This document shows positions 34,611-42,384 of a stretch of 64,000 nt of DNA, piece by piece (within the stretch, counting starts at the first letter, position 1; each line of letters begins with the position of its first letter). Both the position numbers and the translations under genes were made by a program. This stretch comes from Dermatophilaceae bacterium (GTDB lineage: Bacteria > Actinomycetota > Actinomycetes > Actinomycetales > Dermatophilaceae), in the NCBI GenBank assembly GCA_044220505.1, contig JBGAQV010000001.1:586-64585 (forward strand), given 5' to 3'. The notes beneath the pieces were generated by a model. That model ran no database searches. It saw only the letters and a list, made by a program, of their open reading frames with translations, and had not been told where the DNA came from.

Positions 34611-35807
34611 GTGCAGCCCTCGTCCCTGATCTTCCTCGCCGTTGTCGCGATCTGGGGCGCCTTCCTCGTGCAGTACTGGGTGCGTCGCCGCGAGGACGTC
34701 GCCACCGCCCGCTCTGCCGACCGCTTCAGTGCGGCGATGCACGTGCTGGAACGCCGTCCGGTGGTGCCGGCGGCCGAAGCGCGCCCGCCTTTCGCCCAGT
34801 ATGCCGTGGGGTCGCCGCTCGTGGCGCGCGGCACCCGGGCCAGCGCCACCGTCATCCGACCCGCTGTGCCGGTCGAGTCTGCTGCTTCCACTGCTTCCCC
34901 TGTGGCTGCTCCCACGACGGCCGCGCCGACGCCGTCGGCAGGGTCAGCTCGGTCGGCAGGATCGGCACGGTCGCGGCGCCCGCGCCGGGTCACTCCGCGG
35001 ATCGGTCGGGCCGCGCCTGGGGTGGCCCTGGTCCTCACCCTCGTCGCGTTGCCGGTCGTCGTGACCGCGGCCATCCTCGGGCTGCTGCCCTGGGCGAGTC
35101 TGCTGGTCTGGGCCGGCCTGCTGTTGGTGTTGCTGGTCTCGCTGCGCGCCGCCGCGGTGCGAGAGCGGACCCGACGGCATACCGCAGCGCAGTTGGCGGC
35201 CACTGACCCGCGGGCCTCGACTGGAGGCGTCCGACGCAGGACGCACGATGCCGTCGCCCCCCGCGGCGCTCGGACGCCGACCCGGCCGCACGCACCGACC
35301 GGCTCGCGCCCTGGGGCCACCCGCCCGGGTGCCCGACCGGGCGCAAGCACGCACCCCGGCCGCGCCGTGGGGGGCCACGCTGCTGTTCGCTCTCCCGCGC
35401 CGATCGTTGCCTCAGTCGCAGCCTCGGCCGTATTCCCACCAGTCGCCTCATCCGAGGTGTCCACCGTCGCGGTGGAGCTTCCGGTGGCTGGCACCCCGGG
35501 CGCGCAGGCCGACGTCGTGGCCGAGCCGGCACCGCAGGTCGTGGCGTTCGCCGATTTCGGTGTCGATCCGACGAGCGTCACCGTCGGCCCGCTGGACGAG
35601 CCCGCCCGGCATGGGCAGTGGAGCCCGGTCGACGTGCCGCCGCCCACCTACACGCTCAAGGCCAAGGCGACCTACCCCCTCCCGGACGGAAACTCCGAGC
35701 CCGAGGTGCATGCCCAGTCCGGGGGCGAGCCGACGACAGGGGCGATATTGGGCGTCGTCGACGTGGACGACGACGACGTGCCTGCTCGGTGGGTCGTCGG
35801 CGGCTGA
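34611..35807 (+). CDS. Membrane protein with Pro/Ala/Arg-rich regions, SepX/GlpR-like (divisome-associated) by N-terminal similarity and synteny
   Basis: GTG start. N-terminus MQPSSLIFLAVVAIWGAFLVQYWVRRREDVATARSADRFSAAMHVLERR, plus a second hydrophobic block LVLTLVALPVVVTAAILGLLPWASLLVWAGLLLVLLVSL. Lies downstream of moeA and rimJ. The family call is from memory. Confidence 0.55.
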   Translation: MQPSSLIFLAVVAIWGAFLVQYWVRRREDVATARSADRFSAAMHVLERRPVVPAAEARPPFAQYAVGSPLVARGTRASATVIRPAVPVESAASTASPVAAPTTAAPTPSAGSARSAGSARSRRPRRVTPRIGRAAPGVALVLTLVALPVVVTAAILGLLPWASLLVWAGLLLVLLVSLRAAAVRERTRRHTAAQLAATDPRASTGGVRRRTHDAVAPRGARTPTRPHAPTGSRPGATRPGARPGASTHPGRAVGGHAAVRSPAPIVASVAASAVFPPVASSEVSTVAVELPVAGTPGAQADVVAEPAPQVVAFADFGVDPTSVTVGPLDEPARHGQWSPVDVPPPTYTLKAKATYPLPDGNSEPEVHAQSGGEPTTGAILGVVDVDDDDVPARWVVGG

Positions 35808-35840
35808 GTGGTCGGCGGCTGACCGCCGGACCGGCGAGTG

Positions 35841-37052
35841 TCAGCCTCGGGCGTCTGGGTCGTCGATTTCGATCCTCTCGGTGACCGCGGCCGCGGCTGC
35901 GTCAGGCAGCACGCCCGCCCCAGCTGGGCCTTCCTCGCGCCCAGCCGCAGCGGCCTCAACCGACGGGTCGGGCGGCGGCAACTCCCCGCTGACCGGCGCA
36001 GCGGCCTCGGCGATCGAGTCGCCGTGCAGGTGTTTGAGCACCGCGTTGACGACGGCCGCGATGGGCACGGCGATGAGCGCTCCGACGATGCCGGCGACGA
36101 CGACACCTGCCGTGATCGCCAGCACGACGGCCAACGGGTGCACGCTCACGGCCCGGCCGAGCAGGAACGGTTGCAGCACATGGGATTCCAGCTGCTGCAC
36201 GGCGATCACCCCGGCGAGCATGAGCAGGGCGACGATGGGGCCGTGGGCGACCAGCGCGATGAGCACGGCGACCAGGCCTGACATCAGCGCACCGACGATG
36301 GGGATGAACGCGCCGAGGAAGACCAGCGCGCCGATGGCCAACGCGAAGGGCACCCGCAAGATCACGGCCACCAGGGTGATGCCGGCAGCGTCGACCAGGG
36401 CGACCAGGAGGGTCGCGCGGGTGAACGCGGTGAGCTGGCCCCAGGCCACCTCGCCCGAGGACGCGACCCGCTCGCGGGCGGCCTTGGGGAACAGTCGCAC
36501 GACCCACGACCAGATGCGGTCGCCCTCATAGAGGAAGAAGAAGAGCGCAAAAAGGCTGATGAACGTGCCGGCGATGACGTGGGTGGCGCCCATCCCCGCC
36601 TTGGTCAGCGAGCCCCGCAGTCCCTCACTCGAGGACAGCGCCTGCTTGGCTTCCTCGAGATAGGTCGCGAACTGGCTGTCGCTGATGTGCAAGGTGTCGC
36701 GGATCCAGCTGCGGATCTGGTCCAGACCCTGACCGACCTGCCCAGCCATTTCGGAGAAGCCGCCGGTGATCTGGCTGCCGATGAGGAAGAGGATCAACCC
36801 GATGGCGGCGATCGTGCCCAGCACGGTGACACCGGCTGCCGCGGCCGGCTTGAGCCGTTTGCGCAAGGCCCGCTTGATCGGGTCGAGGAGGGCGGCCAGC
36901 AGGGTGGCCACGACGATGGGGATCACCGCCTCGGAGACGAACCCCAGCAGGTATGCCGTGGCCACCAGGGCCGCGGCGATGGCGAGCAGCCGCCAAGCCC
37001 ACTCGCTGGCAGCGCGGATCGTGGGCGGGACGGTGGACTGGTGGGACGGCAT
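35841..37052 (-). CDS. AI-2E family transporter (PerM/UPF0118)
   Basis: The real start is the ATG at 37052 (MPSHQSTVPP...). 403 aa with ~8 TM segments and the family block LGAFIPIVGALMSGLVAVLIAL ... QQLESHVLQPFLLGR. The upstream 360 codons of ORF ..38138 are an Arg/Pro-rich frame running over terC. Confidence 0.85.
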   Translation of the reverse strand: MPSHQSTVPPTIRAASEWAWRLLAIAAALVATAYLLGFVSEAVIPIVVATLLAALLDPIKRALRKRLKPAAAAGVTVLGTIAAIGLILFLIGSQITGGFSEMAGQVGQGLDQIRSWIRDTLHISDSQFATYLEEAKQALSSSEGLRGSLTKAGMGATHVIAGTFISLFALFFFLYEGDRIWSWVVRLFPKAARERVASSGEVAWGQLTAFTRATLLVALVDAAGITLVAVILRVPFALAIGALVFLGAFIPIVGALMSGLVAVLIALVAHGPIVALLMLAGVIAVQQLESHVLQPFLLGRAVSVHPLAVVLAITAGVVVAGIVGALIAVPIAAVVNAVLKHLHGDSIAEAAAPVSGELPPPDPSVEAAAAGREEGPAGAGVLPDAAAAAVTERIEIDDPDARG

Positions 37053-37057
37053 ACGGG

Positions 37058-38095
37058 TCAGCGTATTGCCGGTGCCGCTGCTGGGGCCTGGCGTCGCTGC
37101 CGTCGGGTCGCCAGCAGGCTCGTCACGGTGACGGTCGCGAGGATGCCGACGATGACGGCCAGGCTGGCGAGGGTCGGGATGGTGGGCACGCCCGGCCACA
37201 CGTCGTGAGCCCAATGGAGCACCAGCTTGACGCCGATGAAGGCCAGGATGACGGCCAGCCCGTGGCCGAGGTGCGCCAACGACGCGAGGGCCCCGGCGAG
37301 GACGAAGTAGAGGGCTCGCAGCCCGAGCAGTGCGAAGGCGTTGGTGGCGAAGACGAGGTAGGGGTCGCCGGTGATGCCGTAGACCGCCGGCACCGAGTCG
37401 ATGGCGAAGACGATGTCGGTGGCGAGGATCGTGACGATGACCAGCGCCATCGGGGTGAGCGTGCGCCTGCCGTCGCGGCGCACCGAAAGCCGCGGGCCGG
37501 CATACTCGCTCTGCACCGGCCAGAAGCGGCGCAGCAGCCGTACGGTGCGCAGCGAATCGACATCTACGGCGTGGTCGGTGCCCCGCACCGCGTCGCGACC
37601 GACCTTGACCGCGGTGGCGAGCAGGACGGCGCCGAAGATGAGGAAGGTCCACGAGAAGGTGGCGATGAGGCCGGCACCGAGGGCGATGAAGATGCCGCGC
37701 AGCACGAGCGCGCCCGCGACGCCGATGAGCAGGACGCGTTGCTGCAGTTCGCGGGGCACCGCGAAGGCGCCGAGCAGCAACAGGAAGATGAAGAGGTTGT
37801 CGACCGAGAGCGACTTCTCGACGAGGTAGCCGGTGAAGAACTCCAGCCCCTGGTCGCTGCCGTAGCGCTGCCAGAGCCAGACTCCGAAGGTGGTGGGGCT
37901 GGCGATGTAGAAGGCCGACCAGCGCCAGGCCTCGGCCATGGACACCTCGTGCGGACGACGGGTGATGAGGAAATCGAGGACGAAGAGCGCGGCGATGCCG
38001 GCGATGGTGACCCACCACAGGGTGGGAGAGGCGAGCGTAGTCGTCGCGGCGGCAGGCGGCTGGGCAGCCACGGCCGCAAGGGGCAAGAAGGGCAT
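37058..38095 (-). CDS. terC: TerC family integral membrane protein
   Basis: 345-aa ORF with blocks EFFTGYLVEKSLSVDNLFIFLLL and IVFAIDSVPAVYGITGDPYLVFATNAFALLGLRALYF. Preceded by a yybP-ykoY element. Confidence 0.9.
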   Translation of the reverse strand: MPFLPLAAVAAQPPAAATTTLASPTLWWVTIAGIAALFVLDFLITRRPHEVSMAEAWRWSAFYIASPTTFGVWLWQRYGSDQGLEFFTGYLVEKSLSVDNLFIFLLLLGAFAVPRELQQRVLLIGVAGALVLRGIFIALGAGLIATFSWTFLIFGAVLLATAVKVGRDAVRGTDHAVDVDSLRTVRLLRRFWPVQSEYAGPRLSVRRDGRRTLTPMALVIVTILATDIVFAIDSVPAVYGITGDPYLVFATNAFALLGLRALYFVLAGALASLAHLGHGLAVILAFIGVKLVLHWAHDVWPGVPTIPTLASLAVIVGILATVTVTSLLATRRQRRQAPAAAPAIR

Positions 38096-38119
38096 GAGGG
38101 GTCGGAGACACTTTCGGTC

Positions 38120-38225
38120 GGCCTGAGGTCTCCTTCACCGGCGGCGCCGGCCCTGCCCGAAAGCGCCTCTGGACGCTCGTATTGACCGGGTCAGGTCTGG
38201 GAAGTACTCCCCTCGTGGGCAGGAT
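38120..38225 (-). promoter_or_regulatory. yybP-ykoY (Mn2+) riboswitch in the terC leader
   Basis: The minus-strand leader reads CACGAGGGGAGUACUUCCC...CCGGUCAAUACGAGCG...GGUGAAGGAGACCUCAGG. The conserved GGGGAGUA, GUCAAUAC and GAGACC blocks are present, with P1-type pairing GAGG/CCUC. It ends ~25 nt before the terC ATG. terC is a classic target of this class. Confidence 0.7.
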
Positions 38226-38378
38226 GCTAGACGAGGCCGGTGCCGCTCTGCAACCTTTACGTCAGTCCGGTATGCCGTTAATCAGCGCCTGCGAGGTGAT
38301 GGTGGGGCTGTCTCGGCTGGGACCGTCCCCCGATTGGTGTTGCGCTGGGGTGCCGGTGTTAGAGTGTCCGTCGCATCT

Positions 38379-38454
<76 letters not shown>

Positions 38455-38486
38455 GTGTGATGTCTCACGACATCGGCAGAGATCGG

Positions 38487-38530
38487 CAGAGCCTGACCCC
38501 CTCTTGTGAGGGGTCAGGCTCTGTTGGTTT
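38487..38530 (+). terminator. Rho-independent terminator after tRNA-Ala
   Basis: Perfect 14-bp stem CAGAGCCTGACCCC / GGGGTCAGGCTCTG with a 9-nt loop, followed by TTGGTTT. Confidence 0.75.
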
Positions 38531-38674
38531 GCACCACATTCCCTGGAGGGCCGTGGTGCTGCGTTGTCCTGGCCGCGGTGTGCGTTTGCTCTTCTCGAAG
38601 AACGCGACCGGTGCGAGCATCCCCGCCATGATCGGAGTGAAGTCTGCGTGACGCTGTCTGAGCCGTGGTGAGGT

Positions 38675-38751
38675 GACGTCAATATCGGAGTCGACGTGCT
38701 CGACGTCAATATTGACGTCTAATAGCGTGACGTCGGTATCGAAGTCAATAC
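38675..38751. promoter_or_regulatory. Array of GACGTCAATAT-type repeats including a perfect 18-bp palindrome (candidate HipB operator region)
   Basis: GACGTCAATAT at 38675-38685. GACGTCAATATTGACGTC at 38702-38719 is a perfect palindrome. Variants GACGTCGGTAT (38729-38739) and AGTCAATAC (38743-38751). The stretch is AT-rich and ends 33 nt before the hipB ATG. Confidence 0.5.
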
Positions 38752-38783
38752 TCCGTGGTGGTCATCGTGAGGTGGGGTGCCGG

Positions 38784-39047
38784 ATGCAATACCAGGGCAA
38801 GGTCTCGGGTCCGGAGTCGCTTGGGCGCATGCTGCAGCAGGCGCGCTTGATGGCCGGCCTGACCCAGCGCGAGCTGGCAGCCCAGATGGGCACCACGCAG
38901 AAGTACATCTGGGAACTGGAAGCTGGTAAGCCGTCCATCCTGATGGACCGGCTGTTTGCCGCCATGCAAGCGACCGGCATGACGCTCACGGCCACCATCA
39001 GCGCACCCTCCGATGGGGCGGCTGGAGATGGGGTTGACCATGGGTGA
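38784..39047 (+). CDS. hipB: XRE-family helix-turn-helix protein (HipB-like antitoxin)
   Basis: ATG 38784. HTH segment LGRMLQQARLMAGLTQRELAAQMGTTQKYIWELEAGKPS. Overlaps the hipA start by 8 nt. Confidence 0.8.
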   Translation: MQYQGKVSGPESLGRMLQQARLMAGLTQRELAAQMGTTQKYIWELEAGKPSILMDRLFAAMQATGMTLTATISAPSDGAAGDGVDHG

Positions 39048-40258
39048 CCTCGTCGTTGAGCTCTACGAACAGCGGCTCGGCACGCTGCGTGGCGACTGGC
39101 GCAGCCTCGACCTGATTCCCGACCCTGCTGCTGCATTGCGCTTCGGTCTCGATTCCATGGTGATGTCGATCGCCGTCCCCTTGCAGGTCCGTCCGACTCG
39201 TTCGCGGGGATCCATCCGACGCAATTTCTTCGCCGAACTGCTGCCGGAGGGGCGGATGCGAACGCGACTGGCGCAGATCGCCGGAGTGCAGGAGCATGAC
39301 GTGATCGGTCTGCTGCGCCGGTTCGGGCGTGACCTGGCCGGAGCTCTCCAGGTCTGGGATCCGGAGGTTCCTGGCGAACCCAAGGTCCCTCGGTACGAGC
39401 CGCTGGAGCAGGCCGACGTAGCTCGCATGCTGGCAGACGTATCGGAGGAGCCGCTGGGCAACAAGCCGATCGGTGGCAAGACGTCGCTCGCCGGTAGCCA
39501 GGACAAGATCGTCCTAGCTCGCGGTAGCGACGGCGGGTGGAGTCGAGTGGTCGACGGCGCCCCGTCCACCCACATTCTCAAGCCCCTTCACGCTCGATAT
39601 CCGACGCTCATCTACGACGAGGAATACGGTGCGCCGGCTGGCGCGCACCGTTGCATTGACCAGCTACGCCACATGGGTCGAAGAGTTCGCGGGGATCCCG
39701 GCCCTGGTGATCGAACGTTATGACCGCGACCCGCTGGCACCTCAAGGACGGGTGCATCAAGAGGACGGCACCCAGGTGCTGGGGGCCTCCGGCGGGCAGA
39801 AGTACCAGCGACAGGGCGGAGCGGTCACCCTGGAGCGTTTGGCGCGGGCCTTCCGGGGAGCGGGCGGCGCCCCGATGGTGGAGGCTCTGTTCAGGCAGCT
39901 CGTGGTAGCGGTGGCCGTCGGGAACCTTGACATGCACGCCAAGAACATTTCCGTACTCCATCCGCCGGATGTCACCTGTCGGCTGGCTCCCGCCTACGAC
40001 ATGGTGCCGCAAACCCACCTGCCCACCGACGGGGAGCTGGCGCTGGCGGTGAACGATGTATATCGACATGCGTCGGTGACGGGCGCCGATCTGGTGGCCG
40101 AGGGCGAGCGGTGGGGTATCACCCATGCGCCTACGCTCGTGCAGGCAATGCTCACCAACATGGCCGCAGCGGTCGACGCCGAAGTCCCTCTGCCGGGCGC
40201 TCACCCCGGCCTGGTGGACGAGATCGGCGGCTTCATAGAGCGACTTCGTCGGGGGTGA
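39040..40258 (+). pseudogene. hipA: HipA-family Ser/Thr kinase toxin, disrupted by a +1 frameshift near 39631
   Basis: ORF 39013..39723 carries the HipA N-terminal domain and P-loop region (GKTSLAGSQDKIVL, PSTHILKP). ORF 39629..40258, in the next frame, carries the rest of the kinase core (ALVIERYDR, HQEDGTQVLG, VGNLDMHAKNISVL, LAPAYDMV). Family collinearity breaks between ..IYDEEYG and RLARTVAL... Confidence 0.75.
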
Positions 40259-40375
40259 TCCGGCAGGGACGTCTAGCGTTCCCCGTGAGATAACGGCTGA
40301 GGGAGTCACGTTCGAACGATCAGGACATGATCCCTCCCGCGGTGTTCCCCAACGGGAAAGACGGTGTTCTCGCGG

Positions 40376-41308
40376 TCAGCGTTGAAGCCGACGCCGTCGG
40401 AACGACGGCTCCACCTCATCGATCCCGAGCTCTGCGTCGACCCACCGTTCCAGACTCACGAGACGGTCTTCCCAGTATGCCGTGGTGCTGGCCGCGTGGA
40501 GCTCCTCTGGTGTCCACTGCCAGGACTCTGGGTCATAGCCGAAGTTCGCGAAGTCGGGCTCGTAGAGACGGTGCACCTCCGCAGCGAGCTCGTGGTCGTA
40601 CAGCTCTTTCCAGTCGTAGGGGCGGGACACGTTGGCCGTGTGCCGGGCGATGAGATCGCCGGCGGACGCGTCATGGCCGAGAGCATCGAGCACTGGCTGG
40701 AGGTCCTCGACCAACGACTCGGCGCGCAGGACATGCGTGTAGGAGATCGTGTTCCAGAGGACGAGATCGCTCATCCGACGCCAGTGGACGTCGCCCTGGC
40801 GGATGGACTGAGGAGCCCCGGCAGCCAGCCAGTGGACGAAGTCTGCGAAGGGAGGGGCCACCGTGGTGTCCGGGGTTCGTCCGGCAGACGCGTGGATCTG
40901 CTCGCGCAGCCCGACGAAGGCCTGGCGGGGCATCCGGATCTTGTTGATCCACGCCGAGGCCAGCCGAGCGTACGGATTGCGAACCACGCAGAACCGAGTG
41001 ACGCCCGGGGAGTTGAGCAGGCGGTGTCGTTCCTCGGTCGTGACGTCGGCCAGACCCGCGAACTCGTTGATGCGCCTGTCGTGAACGCCGAGAGTGTGCT
41101 GCGACTCCTCCATGAGTTGGCGGGCCCGCTCGCTGCGCTGTTCGAGGTCCAGGAGGATCGCCTTCATCGTGGAGCAGGCTGCCTTGGGCGTCTCCATGTA
41201 GACGTAGGGGTACCGAACCCCGACGAACGTGCCGCGCCCGAGCCGTCTCAACTCGTGGAAGTCGGTCAGCAACTCCGAACCGGGGACGCCTGGTGGCGAC
41301 AAGGACAC
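40376..41308 (-). CDS. Sulfotransferase family protein (Sulfotransfer_2/NodH-like motifs)
   Basis: 310-aa ORF with a GTG start. PAPS-binding-like motifs YMETPKAACSTMK (5'-phosphosulfate loop) and VVRNPYARLASAW (3'-phosphate motif). Divergent from cysDN. Confidence 0.7.
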   Translation of the reverse strand: MSLSPPGVPGSELLTDFHELRRLGRGTFVGVRYPYVYMETPKAACSTMKAILLDLEQRSERARQLMEESQHTLGVHDRRINEFAGLADVTTEERHRLLNSPGVTRFCVVRNPYARLASAWINKIRMPRQAFVGLREQIHASAGRTPDTTVAPPFADFVHWLAAGAPQSIRQGDVHWRRMSDLVLWNTISYTHVLRAESLVEDLQPVLDALGHDASAGDLIARHTANVSRPYDWKELYDHELAAEVHRLYEPDFANFGYDPESWQWTPEELHAASTTAYWEDRLVSLERWVDAELGIDEVEPSFRRRRLQR

Positions 41309-41370
41309 AGGGGGATGCTACCGGCCGCCGACGTGCCCCTGCGGATGCCGATAGAGTCGGCTCCGCCGCG

Positions 41371-41453
41371 ATCGATGCGTGGGGGATAGCGATGCGTGGG
41401 GGATAGCGATGCGTGGGGGATAGCGATGCGTGGGGGATAGCGATAGGTGTCGG
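41371..41453. repeat. 17-bp tandem repeat (ATAGCGATGCGTGGGGG) x about 4.8, abutting the cysD start codon
   Basis: Partial unit at 41371-41385. Three identical units at 41386-41402, 41403-41419 and 41420-41436. Degenerate unit at 41437-41453 (ATAGCGATAGGTGTCGG). The cysD ATG is at 41455. Confidence 0.9.
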
Positions 41454-41454
41454 A

Positions 41455-42384
41455 ATGTCGGTCATAGGTGAGATTTCACCGCGGCTCGGTGCGCCGGTCG
41501 ACGCGTTGGACGCGCTGATCGCCGAGTCCGTCCACATCTTCCGCGAGGTGGTCGCCGAGGTCGATCGCCCGGTGCTGCTCTTCTCCGGCGGCAAGGACTC
41601 GATCACCATGCTCCGCTTGGCGGAACTGGCCTTCGCGCCGGGGTCGGTGCCTTTCCCCGTGCTGCAGGTCGACACCGGCCTGGACTTCCCGGAAGTGCTC
41701 GCGGCTCGGGATCGATGGGTGGCGCGCCTCGGGGTGGAGCTCATCGTCGCATCGGTCGAGCGCGCCATCGCCGACGGGGTGATCAGAGAGGGACAGGGCG
41801 TCTCGCGCAACCGCCTGCAGACGCCGGTGCTGCTGGCTGCCCTCGAGGCCCGCGGCTTCCAGGCCGCGTTCGGTGGCGGCCGTCGCGACGAGGACCGGGC
41901 TCGCGCCAAGGAGCGGGTCATCTCGCACCGGGACGAGTTCGGGCAGTGGGACCCGCGCAATCAGCGTCCGGAGCTCTGGTCGCTCTACAACCCCCGGGTC
42001 CGGCCCGGCGAGCATGTCCGCGTCTTCCCGCTCTCGAACTGGACCGAGGTCGACATCTGGCGGTTCCTGGCCCGCGAGCGGGTCGACCTCCCGTCGATCT
42101 ACTTCGCCCACGAACGTGAAGTCGTCGAGCGCGACGGGATGCTGTATGCCGTGGGTGGGCCGAACGCGCTCCGGCAAGGCGAAGTGAGCACGGTTGAGAC
42201 CGTGAGGTTTCGGACGGTGGGTGACATGACCGTGACGGGGTGCGTCCGCAGTAGTGCGAGCACCCTGGACGAGATCCTCGACGAGGTGGCTCATGCTCGG
42301 ATCACCGAGCGCGGCGCCACTCGCGCCGACGACCGCTTCTCGGACGCGGCCATGGAGGACCGGAAGAAGGAGGGCTATTTCTGA
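41455..42384 (+). CDS. cysD: Sulfate adenylyltransferase subunit 2
   Basis: Homology starts near MSVIGEISPRLGAPVDALDALIAESVHIFREV. PP-loop LLFSGGKDSITMLRL, plus NWTEVDIWRFL and a C-terminal KKEGYF. An alternative in-frame start at 41413 would translate the tandem repeat. Confidence 0.9.
   Translation: MSVIGEISPRLGAPVDALDALIAESVHIFREVVAEVDRPVLLFSGGKDSITMLRLAELAFAPGSVPFPVLQVDTGLDFPEVLAARDRWVARLGVELIVASVERAIADGVIREGQGVSRNRLQTPVLLAALEARGFQAAFGGGRRDEDRARAKERVISHRDEFGQWDPRNQRPELWSLYNPRVRPGEHVRVFPLSNWTEVDIWRFLARERVDLPSIYFAHEREVVERDGMLYAVGGPNALRQGEVSTVETVRFRTVGDMTVTGCVRSSASTLDEILDEVAHARITERGATRADDRFSDAAMEDRKKEGYF

Noticed and set aside
37053-38138. The 765-aa ORF 35841..38138 read as one large protein.
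   Set aside because: Only the C-terminal 403 aa (from the ATG at 37052) are AI-2E-like. The N-terminal part is low-complexity sequence in a different frame across the well-supported terC gene.
39013-40258. The two HipA ORFs as a natural split-kinase HipS/HipT-type tripartite system.
   Set aside because: In HipBST the split separates the small N-subdomain from the complete kinase core. Here the break lies inside the kinase core, between the P-loop/THILKP region and the ERYDR/catalytic loop, and the two ORFs overlap out of frame by about 95 nt. That fits a frameshift.
41371-41453. The tandem repeats at 41371-41453 and 48899-49057 as CRISPR arrays.
   Set aside because: The units are head to tail with no unique spacers, there are only 3-5 copies, and no cas genes occur in the window.
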